Under the pieces are notes generated by a model. That model saw nothing but the letters and a program-made list of their open reading frames with translations. It ran no database searches and was not told the DNA's origin. From Kiritimatiellia bacterium (GTDB lineage Bacteria > Verrucomicrobiota > Kiritimatiellia > RFP12 > UBA1067): a DNA stretch of 64,000 nucleotides. The position numbers were made by a program, and so were the translations under genes. The stretch's first letter is position 1; every line of letters starts with the position of its first letter. Location: positions 128,001-192,000 of the forward strand of contig JBMNFY010000010.1 of the NCBI GenBank assembly GCA_050949565.1, written 5' to 3'. Positions 46,715 through 57,700 of this stretch are shown piece by piece.

Positions 46715-49700
46715 ATGGTGCCCACAAACAAACTCCCGCCTGAACTGGCAGGCCGATTGAGGCGTCTAATCCGCCGCGTAAGGCTTTTGATGCTGACGCG
46801 CGGCCTGCTGGCGGTCGCGGCAGTGGCCACGGGCGCGATACTGACCGTGATGGCGATCGACGCGGCGGTGGTGCTGGCGCATCCGGCCGCGCGCTGGGCG
46901 TTTTCATTGGCGGGGTTGACCCTGACCGTCGCTGCGGCTTGGTCGATGCTGGTGGTGCCGCTCGCTCGCCCTTTGACGTTGACGCGCATGGCCCGCGTAT
47001 TGGAAACACGTCACCCCGAGATGCAGGAGCGTATCAGTTCGGCACTGGACCTGGCGACCTGTGGCGGTACGGATGCGGAATGGGCCTCCCGCGAGTTGGT
47101 CGCCTTGCTGACGCAAGAGGCGAAGAGCGATCTGGCCGATGTGTCGCCGCGCCGTGAGTTCAGCGTGCGGACGGTCAAACCTTTCTTGTTGCTGGCGGTC
47201 GCGGCGTTGTTGGTACTGGGTGTGCTTCTTGCTGTCTGGCCGCAACAAGGCTGGCTGTTGCTGATGCGGGCACTTGCGCCGCACCGCGAGTTCGATACGC
47301 TACAAGCTAGCGCCCTACAGATCGAACCCGGCGATGTGATGCTGCTGGCCGGCAAGCCGCTGCGTTTTGAGGTCGTGGCGCCCGAACGGCACGGCCTGCG
47401 TGCCGAGATTCACTTCCAGCGGACGGACGGACGCAAGACCGTGGAGCGCATGAAACGGCTGTCAGCGCCGGGTGCCGATCCCGTGACGTATGAACTGGAC
47501 CTGCCGTCGGTGGAGGAAGGATTCGAGTACCGCGTGCGCTACGGTAACGCTTGGACAAGGCCGTACACGATTCTGGTGGTCACGGCGCCCTGTGTGCGTG
47601 AGACGCGGGTGGCGTATACGTTTCCGGCCTACACCGGACTGGCTGCCACGCAGACCGTGGGCGTGGTGCAGGAGATCGCGGCACCGGCTGGCACGCGTGT
47701 GCGCATCGAAGCGGCGTTTGACCGTGCCTGCGCGGCGTCGTTCATCGTAAACGATTTGGCCTTGCCGAATCCCGGCGGTACGGCCACCAACGCAGTATGG
47801 CTGCAAACGTTGACGACCAACCGCACCGGGCGCTGGACACTCGCATTGCGCGATACGCACGGCTTCACCAATTGTCCGTCATGGTCCGCCTACACGGCGT
47901 GGCCGGACCGCCCGCCCGTAATCACGCTGGAACATCCCGAGGCATCGCGCCTGAGTCTGCCGCCGTATGACCGGCTCGTCTGCACCGGCCGCGCGACGGA
48001 CGATTACGGTTTCAGTGCCCTGACACTGGTAATCAAGGCCGAGAAACGCCCCGAGATCAGCCAGCCGCTTTCGGTGTCGGCACCCGGTGCCGTCAGCACC
48101 GAAGTTTCGGGCGGCCCGGACCTGCAAGCATTGTACGATAGCGGTGTGCGTACGTTCACGCTCTGTTTCCGCGCGGCGGACAACCAGCCGCCTGAGTTGG
48201 GCGGGCCGCAAGTCCGCGAGAGCCGCGCGATTACAGTGTATTTGAAAACAGACGCGCGCACGCTGCGCGAGCAGGTCCGCGAGGCGGCGAAGAAGGCTTT
48301 AGAGGGACAGTTGCGCAAAGCCGCGCAAGAGCTGAACGAGGCGGCGAACCGTGTCGCGCAGGAAAAGTGGTCCTACGACCGTCCCGAATTGACGGAGCGG
48401 GCGGCCGCGAAGTTGGAGCAGGCGCGCGGCGATGTTCTGCAAGCTGCGGAGCGTTTGTCGCAGACGGCGGAGCAGAGCGAGAAGACGCCTTTCGAAGCTT
48501 TCGCTGAGGCGATCCTCGACACGCGCGACACGAAGGTCGAGCCGGCGTTTCAAAAGCTGGAGCAGATTCCTTTGGCTACGTCGGAGACGCGCAAGCAGAC
48601 AGGCGAGGAGGCCGAACGCGCGCTACGCGAAGCGGCTGAAAAGGTCAATGATCTGGTCAACCGCGCGTTGCAGGAGGAGAGCCGTCAGCAGGAAGCGTTG
48701 AGTCGGTTGGCCGAGGTGGCGCAACGCGAGCAGGCGTTGGCGCAGGAGGCGACGGATGCCCCGCTGGACCGGCAGCAGATGCAGCAGTGGGTGAACCGGC
48801 AGAACGAGGCCGAACAGAAGATGTGGCAGGCCAAGCCACAGGTCGAAGAGCCGACGTTTAATGCGGCGTTGGAAGAGATTCGTCAAGCGCGTCAAGCCAT
48901 GCTGACGGCGCAACAGGCGTTGACGCCGGAACAGGAACAGGCATTGAAGCGGCAAGCCGCCGCACAGGCCAAGGCCGAGGAAGCGGCGCGTCTGGCGCAG
49001 GAAGCCGCACGCGAAGCATTGGAAGCGAACGTGCAGGCCGAAGCCGCAGCGGAAAACCGGGCGGTGACGGAAGCGTTGCAACAGGCGGCAGAGCAGAGCG
49101 CGCATGCCGCAGAGCAGGCTCAGGAGGCGGCACAGACCGCCGAAAAAGCCGCCGAACAACGCGCCGCCAATGAAGCGGTGGCAGATGCTGCCGAGCGGCA
49201 GGCGATTGCTGAACGGGCCGCGCGTGCCGCCGAGCAAGCGGCACAGGCCGCCGAGCAAGTCGGCGAGGGGACCGAGCAGGCGCGGCAAGCGACCGAGGCG
49301 CGTCAGGCCGGCCAGCAGGATCAAGCGAACGCGGCACAGGAAAAGAGCGGACAGGCGGCGGATGCCGCGACCGAACAGGCCGCGCAAGCCAATGCGGAAG
49401 CGGTGGAAGCCGCGCGCGAGGCCGCCGAACACGCCGGCATGGAGCAGGCTCAGGAGGCGGCGCAACTCGCCTCGGAATCGGCGACCATGACCCAGCGTGC
49501 CGCTGAATTGGCACGCGAGGCGACACAGGCCGCCGAACAGGCTGCCGCTCTTCCGGAAGAGCAGCGCGGCGCGGCGTTTAATGAGGCGCAGGGGTTGGCG
49601 GAACAGTCGAAGCAGGTGGCGGACGAGGCACGCGAAAAGGCGACGCAAGCGGCTGAGCAGGCGCGGCAGCAACTAGAGAAACTGGCACAGGAAGCACAGG

Positions 49701-50749
49701 CCGCGGCTGCACGCCAAGCACCGTCCGAGGCAGTGGCCGAACAGGCGCGTGAAGCGGTACAGCAGGCACAAGAGGCGGCGACGCAAGCGCAGAAGGCGGT
49801 AGCCGCCGCCGCCGATGCGGTCGAGGCATCGCAAGCGGCGGGACCCTTGTCCCAAGTGCTGGCTGAACAATTGGCCGAGGCCGCCGAGTTGGCCGGACAG
49901 GCCGCCGAGTTGGCCGAGACATCGGGCGAGCGCACGGCACAGGCCGAAGCGCAGCAGATGAGCGAGGCACAGGAACGCGCCGCCACCAGCCAGGCGTTGG
50001 AGGAGGCGCGGCAGGCGGCACGTCTGGCGGCTGAGGCGGCCGCACTGGCACAGCAGAGTACGCAGCAGGCGACCGACCGTCTGGACGGCATGAAACAGGC
50101 GGCGGCGGAAGCGGCAAAGTCGGCGGCGCAACGGGCGACCGAGGCGGCGCGCGAGGCGCAGCAGGCCGGACGGTTGGCCGAGAACGCAAAGAACCCCGAC
50201 TTGCAGGAAGCTGCGCGTCAGGGAGGTGAAGCGGCGACGCTGAGCGGTGAGGCGGCGGCTCTGGCCGAGCAGGCGCTACAGACGCTCGAACAAGCGACCG
50301 CTGCTACCGATGATCAGGCGCAAAATCAGGCGCGTGAAGGGCAAGCGAAAGCCCGGCAGGCTCTGGAATTGGCGCAGCACGCCGAACAGCAGGCCGACGC
50401 TCAAACCGAGCCGGTCAATGCGCAACAGCTTGCCGCTGCCGAAAAAGCCGACGCGGCGGCGGAACGTCTGGCGGCGGTGCTAGGTACGCACCAAGAGCGA
50501 CAGGCCGCAGCTTGGGCACAGGCGCAGGCGCGTCTGGACGGCGTTGCGCGGCGTGCGGTGACCGGACGTGGCGCGGGCGGTCAGGACGCCGCACGCCACA
50601 TACCGCTCAATCCGGCATGGATTCGCTTCCGTGGCGAATTAGGGTCGGAAGCCTATGCGGAGATGTTGAAAAAAACACCGGCCGAATACCGTGAGTTGGT
50701 AAAGCGTTATTTTGAAGAACTGGCCCGCGAAGGCGACGGCCAAAAATAG
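46715..50749 (+). CDS. Large membrane-anchored coiled-coil protein (DUF4175-like)
   Basis: 3 N-terminal TMs with ERISSAL, YTFPAYTG, PDRPP, ATDDYG; long A/Q/E-rich helix; C-terminal PAEYRELVKRYFEEL. Confidence 0.78.
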   Translation: MVPTNKLPPELAGRLRRLIRRVRLLMLTRGLLAVAAVATGAILTVMAIDAAVVLAHPAARWAFSLAGLTLTVAAAWSMLVVPLARPLTLTRMARVLETRHPEMQERISSALDLATCGGTDAEWASRELVALLTQEAKSDLADVSPRREFSVRTVKPFLLLAVAALLVLGVLLAVWPQQGWLLLMRALAPHREFDTLQASALQIEPGDVMLLAGKPLRFEVVAPERHGLRAEIHFQRTDGRKTVERMKRLSAPGADPVTYELDLPSVEEGFEYRVRYGNAWTRPYTILVVTAPCVRETRVAYTFPAYTGLAATQTVGVVQEIAAPAGTRVRIEAAFDRACAASFIVNDLALPNPGGTATNAVWLQTLTTNRTGRWTLALRDTHGFTNCPSWSAYTAWPDRPPVITLEHPEASRLSLPPYDRLVCTGRATDDYGFSALTLVIKAEKRPEISQPLSVSAPGAVSTEVSGGPDLQALYDSGVRTFTLCFRAADNQPPELGGPQVRESRAITVYLKTDARTLREQVREAAKKALEGQLRKAAQELNEAANRVAQEKWSYDRPELTERAAAKLEQARGDVLQAAERLSQTAEQSEKTPFEAFAEAILDTRDTKVEPAFQKLEQIPLATSETRKQTGEEAERALREAAEKVNDLVNRALQEESRQQEALSRLAEVAQREQALAQEATDAPLDRQQMQQWVNRQNEAEQKMWQAKPQVEEPTFNAALEEIRQARQAMLTAQQALTPEQEQALKRQAAAQAKAEEAARLAQEAAREALEANVQAEAAAENRAVTEALQQAAEQSAHAAEQAQEAAQTAEKAAEQRAANEAVADAAERQAIAERAARAAEQAAQAAEQVGEGTEQARQATEARQAGQQDQANAAQEKSGQAADAATEQAAQANAEAVEAAREAAEHAGMEQAQEAAQLASESATMTQRAAELAREATQAAEQAAALPEEQRGAAFNEAQGLAEQSKQVADEAREKATQAAEQARQQLEKLAQEAQAAAARQAPSEAVAEQAREAVQQAQEAATQAQKAVAAAADAVEASQAAGPLSQVLAEQLAEAAELAGQAAELAETSGERTAQAEAQQMSEAQERAATSQALEEARQAARLAAEAAALAQQSTQQATDRLDGMKQAAAEAAKSAAQRATEAAREAQQAGRLAENAKNPDLQEAARQGGEAATLSGEAAALAEQALQTLEQATAATDDQAQNQAREGQAKARQALELAQHAEQQADAQTEPVNAQQLAAAEKADAAAERLAAVLGTHQERQAAAWAQAQARLDGVARRAVTGRGAGGQDAARHIPLNPAWIRFRGELGSEAYAEMLKKTPAEYRELVKRYFEELAREGDGQK

Positions 50750-50760
50750 GGAGGACCATC

Positions 50761-52173
50761 ATGAAGAGCGGTTTCAAGCGTCGTACTTTTCTCCGTTCCG
50801 TCGGTGCGGCGGGCGTGTTTTCAATCCTTCCGCGTAGACTGATCGCCGGCAGCGGTGAAGCGCCGCCCAGTGAGACCGTGCGCTTCGCGGCGGTGGGTGT
50901 CGGTGGACAGGGGCGGGCCGACCTCAAGGGGTTGACCGATGCCAAACTCGGGCAGGTCGTAGCCGTGGCGGATGTCGATCCGCGCTGCCTCGCGGAGACC
51001 AAGAAGATGTTTCCGTCCGTGCTGACCTTTGCGGACTACCGCGAGATGTACGACAAAGCCGGCAAGAGCTTCGACGCGGTGCTCGTGGCGACGCCGGACC
51101 ACTGGCACGCACTGCTCACGCTCGACGCCATGCAGATCGGCAAGCATGTCTACACCGAGAAGCCGCTCGCGCGTACGGTGTGGGAGGTGAACCAGTTGAT
51201 GAAGGCCGCGCGCCGCTACAACGTGGTGACCCACATGGGCAACCAAGGTCACTCCTTCGCCAGCCACCGGACCTTCACCTCTTGGGTACGCAAGGGGCTG
51301 CTCGGCGAGATCCGCGAGGTCCATACGTGGACGACCATGCGCCTGCTCGACTCCGCCAGCAAAATCCCGGAACTGGCCAAACAGGAGCGAGTGCCCGAAG
51401 GGCTCGACTGGGATCGCTGGATCGGACCGGCCGAGTATTATCCTTACTCGCCCTATTTCACGCCCAACCGCTGGCGCGCGTGGACGCCGTTCGGCACCGG
51501 CACTCCCGGCGACTGGGGCTGCCATCTGCTCGACCCGATCTACGACGCGCTCAATCTGCGTAGCCCGCAGCGCATCATGGCAGAGGTGACGCCGGGGTGG
51601 GATCCCGTGCGCGACCGGCTGGCGTTCCCCAATGCCGCGCGCATCCGCTATGAGTACGATCTCGCCAACGGCAAGACAATGACGATCGTGTGGCATGACG
51701 GCGAGTTCTGCAACGAGGTGCCGCGACCGTCAATGCTGGAGGAGGGGCGCGAGTTGGGCAATCGCATCGTGCCGAAGCAGTGGAATGCGGGCGCGGTGGT
51801 GTACGGCAGCAAGTACACGCTCAAATACGGGTCGCATGGTGCCGACGGCTGTCGCGTGATTCCAGAAAGCGATATGCGCACGATGATCCGCGACATCAAG
51901 GCGGAGGAGAAGGCGAAGCCCAACTTCTGGATGACGCAGATCGGCAGCCACTTTGAAGATTTCACCACTGCGATCAAGATCGGCCGCAAGTCAAACAACC
52001 CGTTTGAGACGGCCGGCTATGTGGCCGAGAACGCGGCGCTCGGAGCAATCGCGGTGCGCCACCCGAATGTGCGGCTGGAGTGGGATTGCGAGGCGTTGCG
52101 CTTCACGAACTGTGAAGCCGCGAATGCCATGGTCGCGCCTGCGTATCGCAAGGGATACGCGCTCAACGTGTAG
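50761..52173 (+). CDS. Tat-exported Gfo/Idh/MocA oxidoreductase
   Basis: KRRTFL, GVGGQG, ATPDHWH, HVYTEKP, MGNQG, WDRWIGPA, GDWGCH. Confidence 0.93.
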   Translation: MKSGFKRRTFLRSVGAAGVFSILPRRLIAGSGEAPPSETVRFAAVGVGGQGRADLKGLTDAKLGQVVAVADVDPRCLAETKKMFPSVLTFADYREMYDKAGKSFDAVLVATPDHWHALLTLDAMQIGKHVYTEKPLARTVWEVNQLMKAARRYNVVTHMGNQGHSFASHRTFTSWVRKGLLGEIREVHTWTTMRLLDSASKIPELAKQERVPEGLDWDRWIGPAEYYPYSPYFTPNRWRAWTPFGTGTPGDWGCHLLDPIYDALNLRSPQRIMAEVTPGWDPVRDRLAFPNAARIRYEYDLANGKTMTIVWHDGEFCNEVPRPSMLEEGRELGNRIVPKQWNAGAVVYGSKYTLKYGSHGADGCRVIPESDMRTMIRDIKAEEKAKPNFWMTQIGSHFEDFTTAIKIGRKSNNPFETAGYVAENAALGAIAVRHPNVRLEWDCEALRFTNCEAANAMVAPAYRKGYALNV

Positions 52174-52217
52174 GGCGGTTGTGCGGGAAGAACGCATCTG
52201 AGGAGATAACAAGAGCG

Positions 52218-52907
52218 ATGAAAAAAACGATCATGGTTGCGCTTGCCCTGCTGTGTGCGGGGTGGATGGCTCAGGCAGCGGGCATTCAAAAAATCCTGTT
52301 CTTAGGTAACAGCATCACGCTGCACGGGCCGAACAAAGGTATCGGTTGGGAGGGCAACTGGGGCATGGCCGCCAGTGCGCTCGACAAGGACTACGTGCAT
52401 CTTGTGGCCAAAGGATTGAGCGGACCGGACGGCACCAAGCCGAAGATACTGGTCAAAAACATTGCGTCGTTTGAACGTCAGTACGGCACTTACGACAGCA
52501 CCGACCTAGTGAAAGAGTGTGCCGCGTTCGCGCCGGACCTGATCGTGGTCGCGATCGGCGAGAACGTGCCCGCATTGACCAACGCCACGCAGCAGACACT
52601 CTTCGCGACAAAGACCGCCGAACTGCTTACCGCCATCCGTGCGGAACGCCGTCCGCAGATCGTTGTGCGCAGTTGCTTTTGGGCAAACGCTGCGAAGGAC
52701 GGGGCGCTCAAGACAGCGTGCCAGGAGGTCGGCGGACGCTACGTTGATATCGGCGCGCTTGGCAGAGACGAGGCCAACTACGCGCGCTCCGAGCGCGAGT
52801 ACACGCACAAAGGCGTCGCCGCCCACCCCGGCGACCGCGGCATGCAAGCCATCGCCGACGCAATCATCAAAGCCGTGCGGGAAGACAGCCCAGCAAAGCG
52901 CCCGTAA
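52218..52907 (+). CDS. SGNH/GDSL hydrolase
   Basis: Signal peptide from MKKTIM; LGNSIT, IGEN, HPGDRGM. Confidence 0.88.
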   Translation: MKKTIMVALALLCAGWMAQAAGIQKILFLGNSITLHGPNKGIGWEGNWGMAASALDKDYVHLVAKGLSGPDGTKPKILVKNIASFERQYGTYDSTDLVKECAAFAPDLIVVAIGENVPALTNATQQTLFATKTAELLTAIRAERRPQIVVRSCFWANAAKDGALKTACQEVGGRYVDIGALGRDEANYARSEREYTHKGVAAHPGDRGMQAIADAIIKAVREDSPAKRP

Positions 52908-53029
52908 TGCTGTGAATGGTCGCGGGCGGAGCGCGGCTGCGCGGTGCAAGGTTTTAACCTCGTCTTTGTGACCACTGAGTGGTCACAAAAAGTGGTCGCA
53001 ATTCGGCGATGACGCGGTTGCGCATCATG

Positions 53030-53187
53030 GCCGTTGACGGTGACGCCCTGCTTGCGGAACAGCTTGGCGAGGTCGTAGGTGTCGAGGATAAGCTTGCCGG
53101 GACATTTTTCCGAGCACAACAGCGCGACCATGGGCCGGTCAAGGATGGCCGCGTTGCCTATGCTGGAGATGTTCGTGTGCCGGTCAT
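53030..53187 (-). pseudogene. DprA/Smf-like (SLOG-type) gene fragment
   Basis: IGNAAILDRPMVALLCSEKCPGKLILDTYDLAKLFRKQGVTV; the coupled ATG at 53187 is out of frame; similarity stops just before the palindrome at 52965. Confidence 0.55.
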
Positions 53188-54002
53188 GTGTTCACCGCCC
53201 CTTTGCATTGGGGATAACCAGAGCAGCCCCAGAACTGCTGACCGGCGTTCCTGCCGCTCTTGGCTGTCCGCAGCACCATGGGCTTGCCGCATTGCGGACA
53301 AGTAGGGATGTGATCAGACGGATCAGACGGATCGGCCTGATCGTGTCTGCGCCGCTCCCGCTCGACCAAGCGCGCGGCGGCGAGACGTTCGCTGTAGCCG
53401 CCGCCTTCGACGAACTGCTCTTCCACGGCTGCGATTTGCTGGTCGAGCAAGTAGTTCGCTTGGTTGATCAGGCAGATCAGCGTATTTGCGCGCACGGCGG
53501 GGTCGGCGTGTTCCAACCATGGCGCATACAGCGCCCAGCGCTCTTGATCGGTCAGATCAGTCAGATCGGCCTGATCAGTCTGATCTTCTCTGAAGCGTCG
53601 CGGGACCGCGCGTACTGCGTGCGCCTCTGCGCTGTCCCGTTTCCACTGCGGCAAGTGCCGGTGGCGCAGGAAGTCTTCGAAGTCGAGCAGCAGTTCCTCC
53701 AGGCTCGCGCGAGCGACATTGAGCAGGCGTAGCTCCGTTTGCGACGAGGTGGCCGACGCACGGCTGCCCTCGGCGATGTTCTGGCGGCCCGACCGCGCCG
53801 CCTGCACCATCTGATCCACCATGCGCGACCGCGGGTCGAGGAACTTTTCGCAGAACCAATAGGTGGCATCGTAGATGACCGTGACCGCTTGGAAGCTTGC
53901 CGTCTTGCGGTAGCCGCCGCTCGGCCGCAACTTCCTGCGTCCTCTCATCTGGTAATCCGGCCGATCTGTCTGATCCGGTACTGCTCTCCGCCGTTCCTCC
54001 AT
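53184..54002 (-). CDS. Four-helix-bundle suffix domain protein with topoisomerase-type C4 zinc ribbon
   Basis: GGYRK, DQMVQAARSGRQNIAEGS, NVARASLEELLLDFEDFLR, GGYSERL, CPQCGKPM...FWGCSGYPQC; AAGGAGG RBS before ATG at 54002. Confidence 0.9.
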   Translation of the reverse strand: MEERRRAVPDQTDRPDYQMRGRRKLRPSGGYRKTASFQAVTVIYDATYWFCEKFLDPRSRMVDQMVQAARSGRQNIAEGSRASATSSQTELRLLNVARASLEELLLDFEDFLRHRHLPQWKRDSAEAHAVRAVPRRFREDQTDQADLTDLTDQERWALYAPWLEHADPAVRANTLICLINQANYLLDQQIAAVEEQFVEGGGYSERLAAARLVERERRRHDQADPSDPSDHIPTCPQCGKPMVLRTAKSGRNAGQQFWGCSGYPQCKGAVNT

Positions 54003-54743
54003 CGCGTTCACTCCTCCTTTTAGTCTGTCGTCCTGTTCTTGCGCGCACCTTCCGGTAAGTACTGTAACAAGCGGCCTCCATGGATGCGAGCGCAAATCCC
54101 CAATCGAGCCGCGCCGATAACGCGGACACCTGTCCTGTGGTGCGTGTTCACACGCGCATCATCCGCTTCAATGGAGCTGCGCCAACAAGCCGGTGGGGAT
54201 TGAAACCGAATCGGGGATTTTTCCGGTGATGAAACACTTATAGAGCGCACATTGCCAGGGAAACGGCAATTGTCCGGTCGCTTTTTCAAACATGCTGGCG
54301 AAGTCATTCATGGGGTTCTCCGATTAAACAGGGTGTTCGCAACATACACCTTATGAATTTAACTTGCAAGCGCATTCCTAAGCAGAGTTTAAGGGGCGGG
54401 CATGTCTGCGTCGCGACCGCTCGACCAGACGCACGGCTGCGAGCAAATCGGCTCGCGGGAACGTTCGCCAAGCTCTGCATCGTGGCGTTTTTACTCTCAT
54501 GGTTGCGAGCCACTGTGTGGTCGCAACGATCACTTTCCCGCGAATGTTTGAAAAAAGTTATGTCTGAAATCGAACGCAATGGCGGTGCGTTTCCTCTATA
54601 CTCCTATCGTTGACTGGATAATGTGCATTTTTTATACTCTGTGTCATCGACTGGGCTTCGTGACAATCGCGGGGGTGTCGCTTCGGACAGAACGGTAACG
54701 GAAGTCATATTGTGGTGGATCATCAAACGGCCTTGCAGGAGGG

Positions 54744-57700
54744 TTGGATATGAACAGTGCTTGCAGATGTGTGTGGTCGGTCATCGCGTGCGTGTTGGTT
54801 GGGCATGCGTCACTCTGGGCTGCGGACGGTACTTGGTCGAGTGGTGCCGACGGTTTATGGAGCGAAACCCAGAATTGGCAGGCGGGGCAGGTTGCGTCTG
54901 GTGCGGGCTCTGTCGCTTACCTGTCGGCTGTCGGCGTGCCGGTCGCCATCCAGAATGACATGACCGGTCTGGCGCTCAAAGGGTTGGTTTCGCGCGGCGG
55001 TGCCTATTCGTTGCGGGGGCAGCCGTTGACGCTGCAAGGCGCCGTCTCGGGTGACTATGGGCTTGTGGTCGAGGAGGGGACGCTCACGGTGCAGAGCGAT
55101 GTGACGCTGAACACCGATATGCAGTTCAACGTTGCGGGTGCGGGGCAACTCACGACTGCCGGGGCGCTTGCCTATTCGGGCAACCGGACGCTGGTCAAAC
55201 GGGGCGATGGCGAGTGGGTTTTCGCGGGAACCATGGGGTTGACCAATGCCAGTTCGTATCTGGATGTCAGGGGCGGAACCCTGCGGCTTGTTTCCGGCGC
55301 GGTGTTGACGAAACGGGGCGGCGACCGCCAGACGTTTCGCGTCGGCAGCACGACGCCGGGGCGTGTGGTGGTCGAGAGCGGCGCGGCTCTGAATGTCGCG
55401 GCGTTCATGTTGGGGGAGGGATCGTCCAGCGCGACGCAGGGGAGCGGGGTGCTTTGTGTGGACGGCGGCGTGTTGACGGCGAATAGTTTCGCCGACCAAG
55501 GTACTCTAGTCGGACGTTACGCAGACTCCGTTTTTTGTGTGTCCAACAATGCGGTTGCGGAGTTCGATCGCTGGTTGAGTTTGGGGGCGTGGGCGCGCGG
55601 GGAACTGCGTATTGGCAGCGGCGGCACGGTGTCTGCGGGGCAGGTGTCTTTGGGGGTCATCCTGTATGAACAAGCGGATTTGAACGGCGGCTCGTATGTG
55701 CATATCGGTTCAGGCGGCACGCTGGCGGCGACCGACCTGTTTGCGTGGCGCTCGTCGGGTTCGGGGCCGCGCACGAATGTGGTGGTAGTCGGTGATGGCA
55801 ACCCTGGCAGTGGTCTGCTCAGTGTGCCGGCGACCACGCGGTCGGCCAACAATGTCAGCTTCGCGCGTCTGATTCTGGATGGCGGAACGCTGCGGACGAT
55901 CGGGCTGCGGAACAGCGAGAACAATGAGTCGCTGGCGGACTATCTTTACGGGCTCAATCAGTTTTGGCTGGGGCCGGGCGGCGGGGTGATCGATACGGCG
56001 GGGCAGGATGTGACGGTGGTGCAGCAGATCGCGCGCGACCCCGCGCAGACGAAAGACGGCGGGTTGGTGAAGTGCGGCGCGGGCCTCTTGGAGTTGGATG
56101 CCGTCCATACGTTCAGCGGCGCGACGATCGTTTCCAACGGCGTCCTGCGGGTGTCGCCTGCCGGTGAACTGGTCGATTCGCCGGTTACTGTCGCGGCGGG
56201 AGGCGTGCTCAGCTTGCAGGTTGCAGCCGGTGCCAGTAAGACGCTGGCCGGGCTGGTCCTTGAGGAGAACGCGGGGCTGTCGATAACCGCGCCGACGTGG
56301 CAGGCGCTTGCGGCGGGCGTGGTGTCTGTGACGGGCGATGTGGTGTTGGCTCCGGTAGAGGTGCAGCTCTGGGGGAACGGCACAATAACCAACGGGACGT
56401 ATGTACTGCTGACGTGCCAAGGCACCATCACGGGTGACCCGAGTGCCATGCGCCTGCTGACGGGAACCTTCGACAAGGGCTATACCTTTAGTGTCGTCGG
56501 AAATGAATTACGGCTCACGGTGTCAACGGCGTCAGCAGGAGCGGCGGTATGGATCAGCGCGACCGGCGGCGCGTGGGCGGATGCGGCGAACTGGGCCGAG
56601 GCGCCGGGGGCGGGCGCTGTCGGGTTGCCGGTCGGCTTTGGCGATGCGATCGGCGCGCCTGCGTCGGTCACGCTCAATGATGCCGCGACTGTGGGCGAGT
56701 TGCTGTTTAACAGCCCGCACGCCTACACGCTGACGGGTTCCGGCAGCCTGACACTGGCCACTTCCAACGAACAGTCCGTCGTGGCAAACGTCCTACGTGG
56801 CACACACGTTGTTGACGTACCGACCGTATTGCAGAACGACATGCTCGCCGACACGGGCGGTGGAGAGCTACGCCTGTCAGGGGCGGTTTCGGGGGGCGGT
56901 GCGCTGACAAAGACAGGCGGGGCGCGCTTGCGCTTGTCCGGTGCAAACAGCTATGCGGGCGGCACGGTCATTGAAAGTGGTGCCATCGACATCGCGGGCG
57001 ACTCACCGTTCGGCGTGGGGCCGGTGTTGCTCAAGCCCGGTTCTGCAATCGCGTCGAAAGAGCAGCCCGCCCGCATCGCAAACGATGTGACGATGTCCGG
57101 CGGCGTCATGTGGGTGGGGGCGTATACGCCGTTGACATTGGATGGCGATTGGACTGCCGCGCAGGGATCGAGCCTGTTGACCAAAGTCGCAACGGACGAG
57201 TTGACGTTCAACGGGAGCTTGCAGCCGACGGCGGGCGGCAGCGTCCGGCTGGAACTGCGTGTCGGCAGCGTCCGTTTTGCTTCGGGCTCCAATCTGAAGT
57301 TCGACAGCGGCAGCATACGGGATTCGATTGCCTTCGGGCCGCCGGGCGGCGTGATGGCTGAGCGCGCCTTGATTGTGGAACCGGAGGCACGCGTCGATGC
57401 CGGTTGTTTGTTTGTTGGCGACGGGGCGACGAACCGCGTCTCGGTGCTTGGCGGTGACATACGGCTGGCGGGTGGAGGGGAACATGACGACGCTATGCTG
57501 CTCGGTAATAATAACGCTACCGAAAGCAAACTCATTGTGTCCGGGGGGTCGATGATGGCCGCAGATGGAACGTGGAGCCTGCTGGGAATCACCCGTGGGA
57601 GGAGCGAACTCGCGGTCGGCGGCGGCATCCTCTCGTTGGCCAAGGTGTCGTGCGGCATTCGTGATCTGGTCGATACGACCTCCGGCTCCAGTGCATTGCC

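Noticed and set aside
54020-54307. 95-aa minus-strand ORF upstream of the four-helix-bundle gene
   Set aside because: No recognisable motif or RBS; it may be the tail of a lost gene but this cannot be supported
13310-54526. Palindromic repeats as a CRISPR array
   Set aside because: Copies are kilobases apart with no regular spacers, and no cas genes are present
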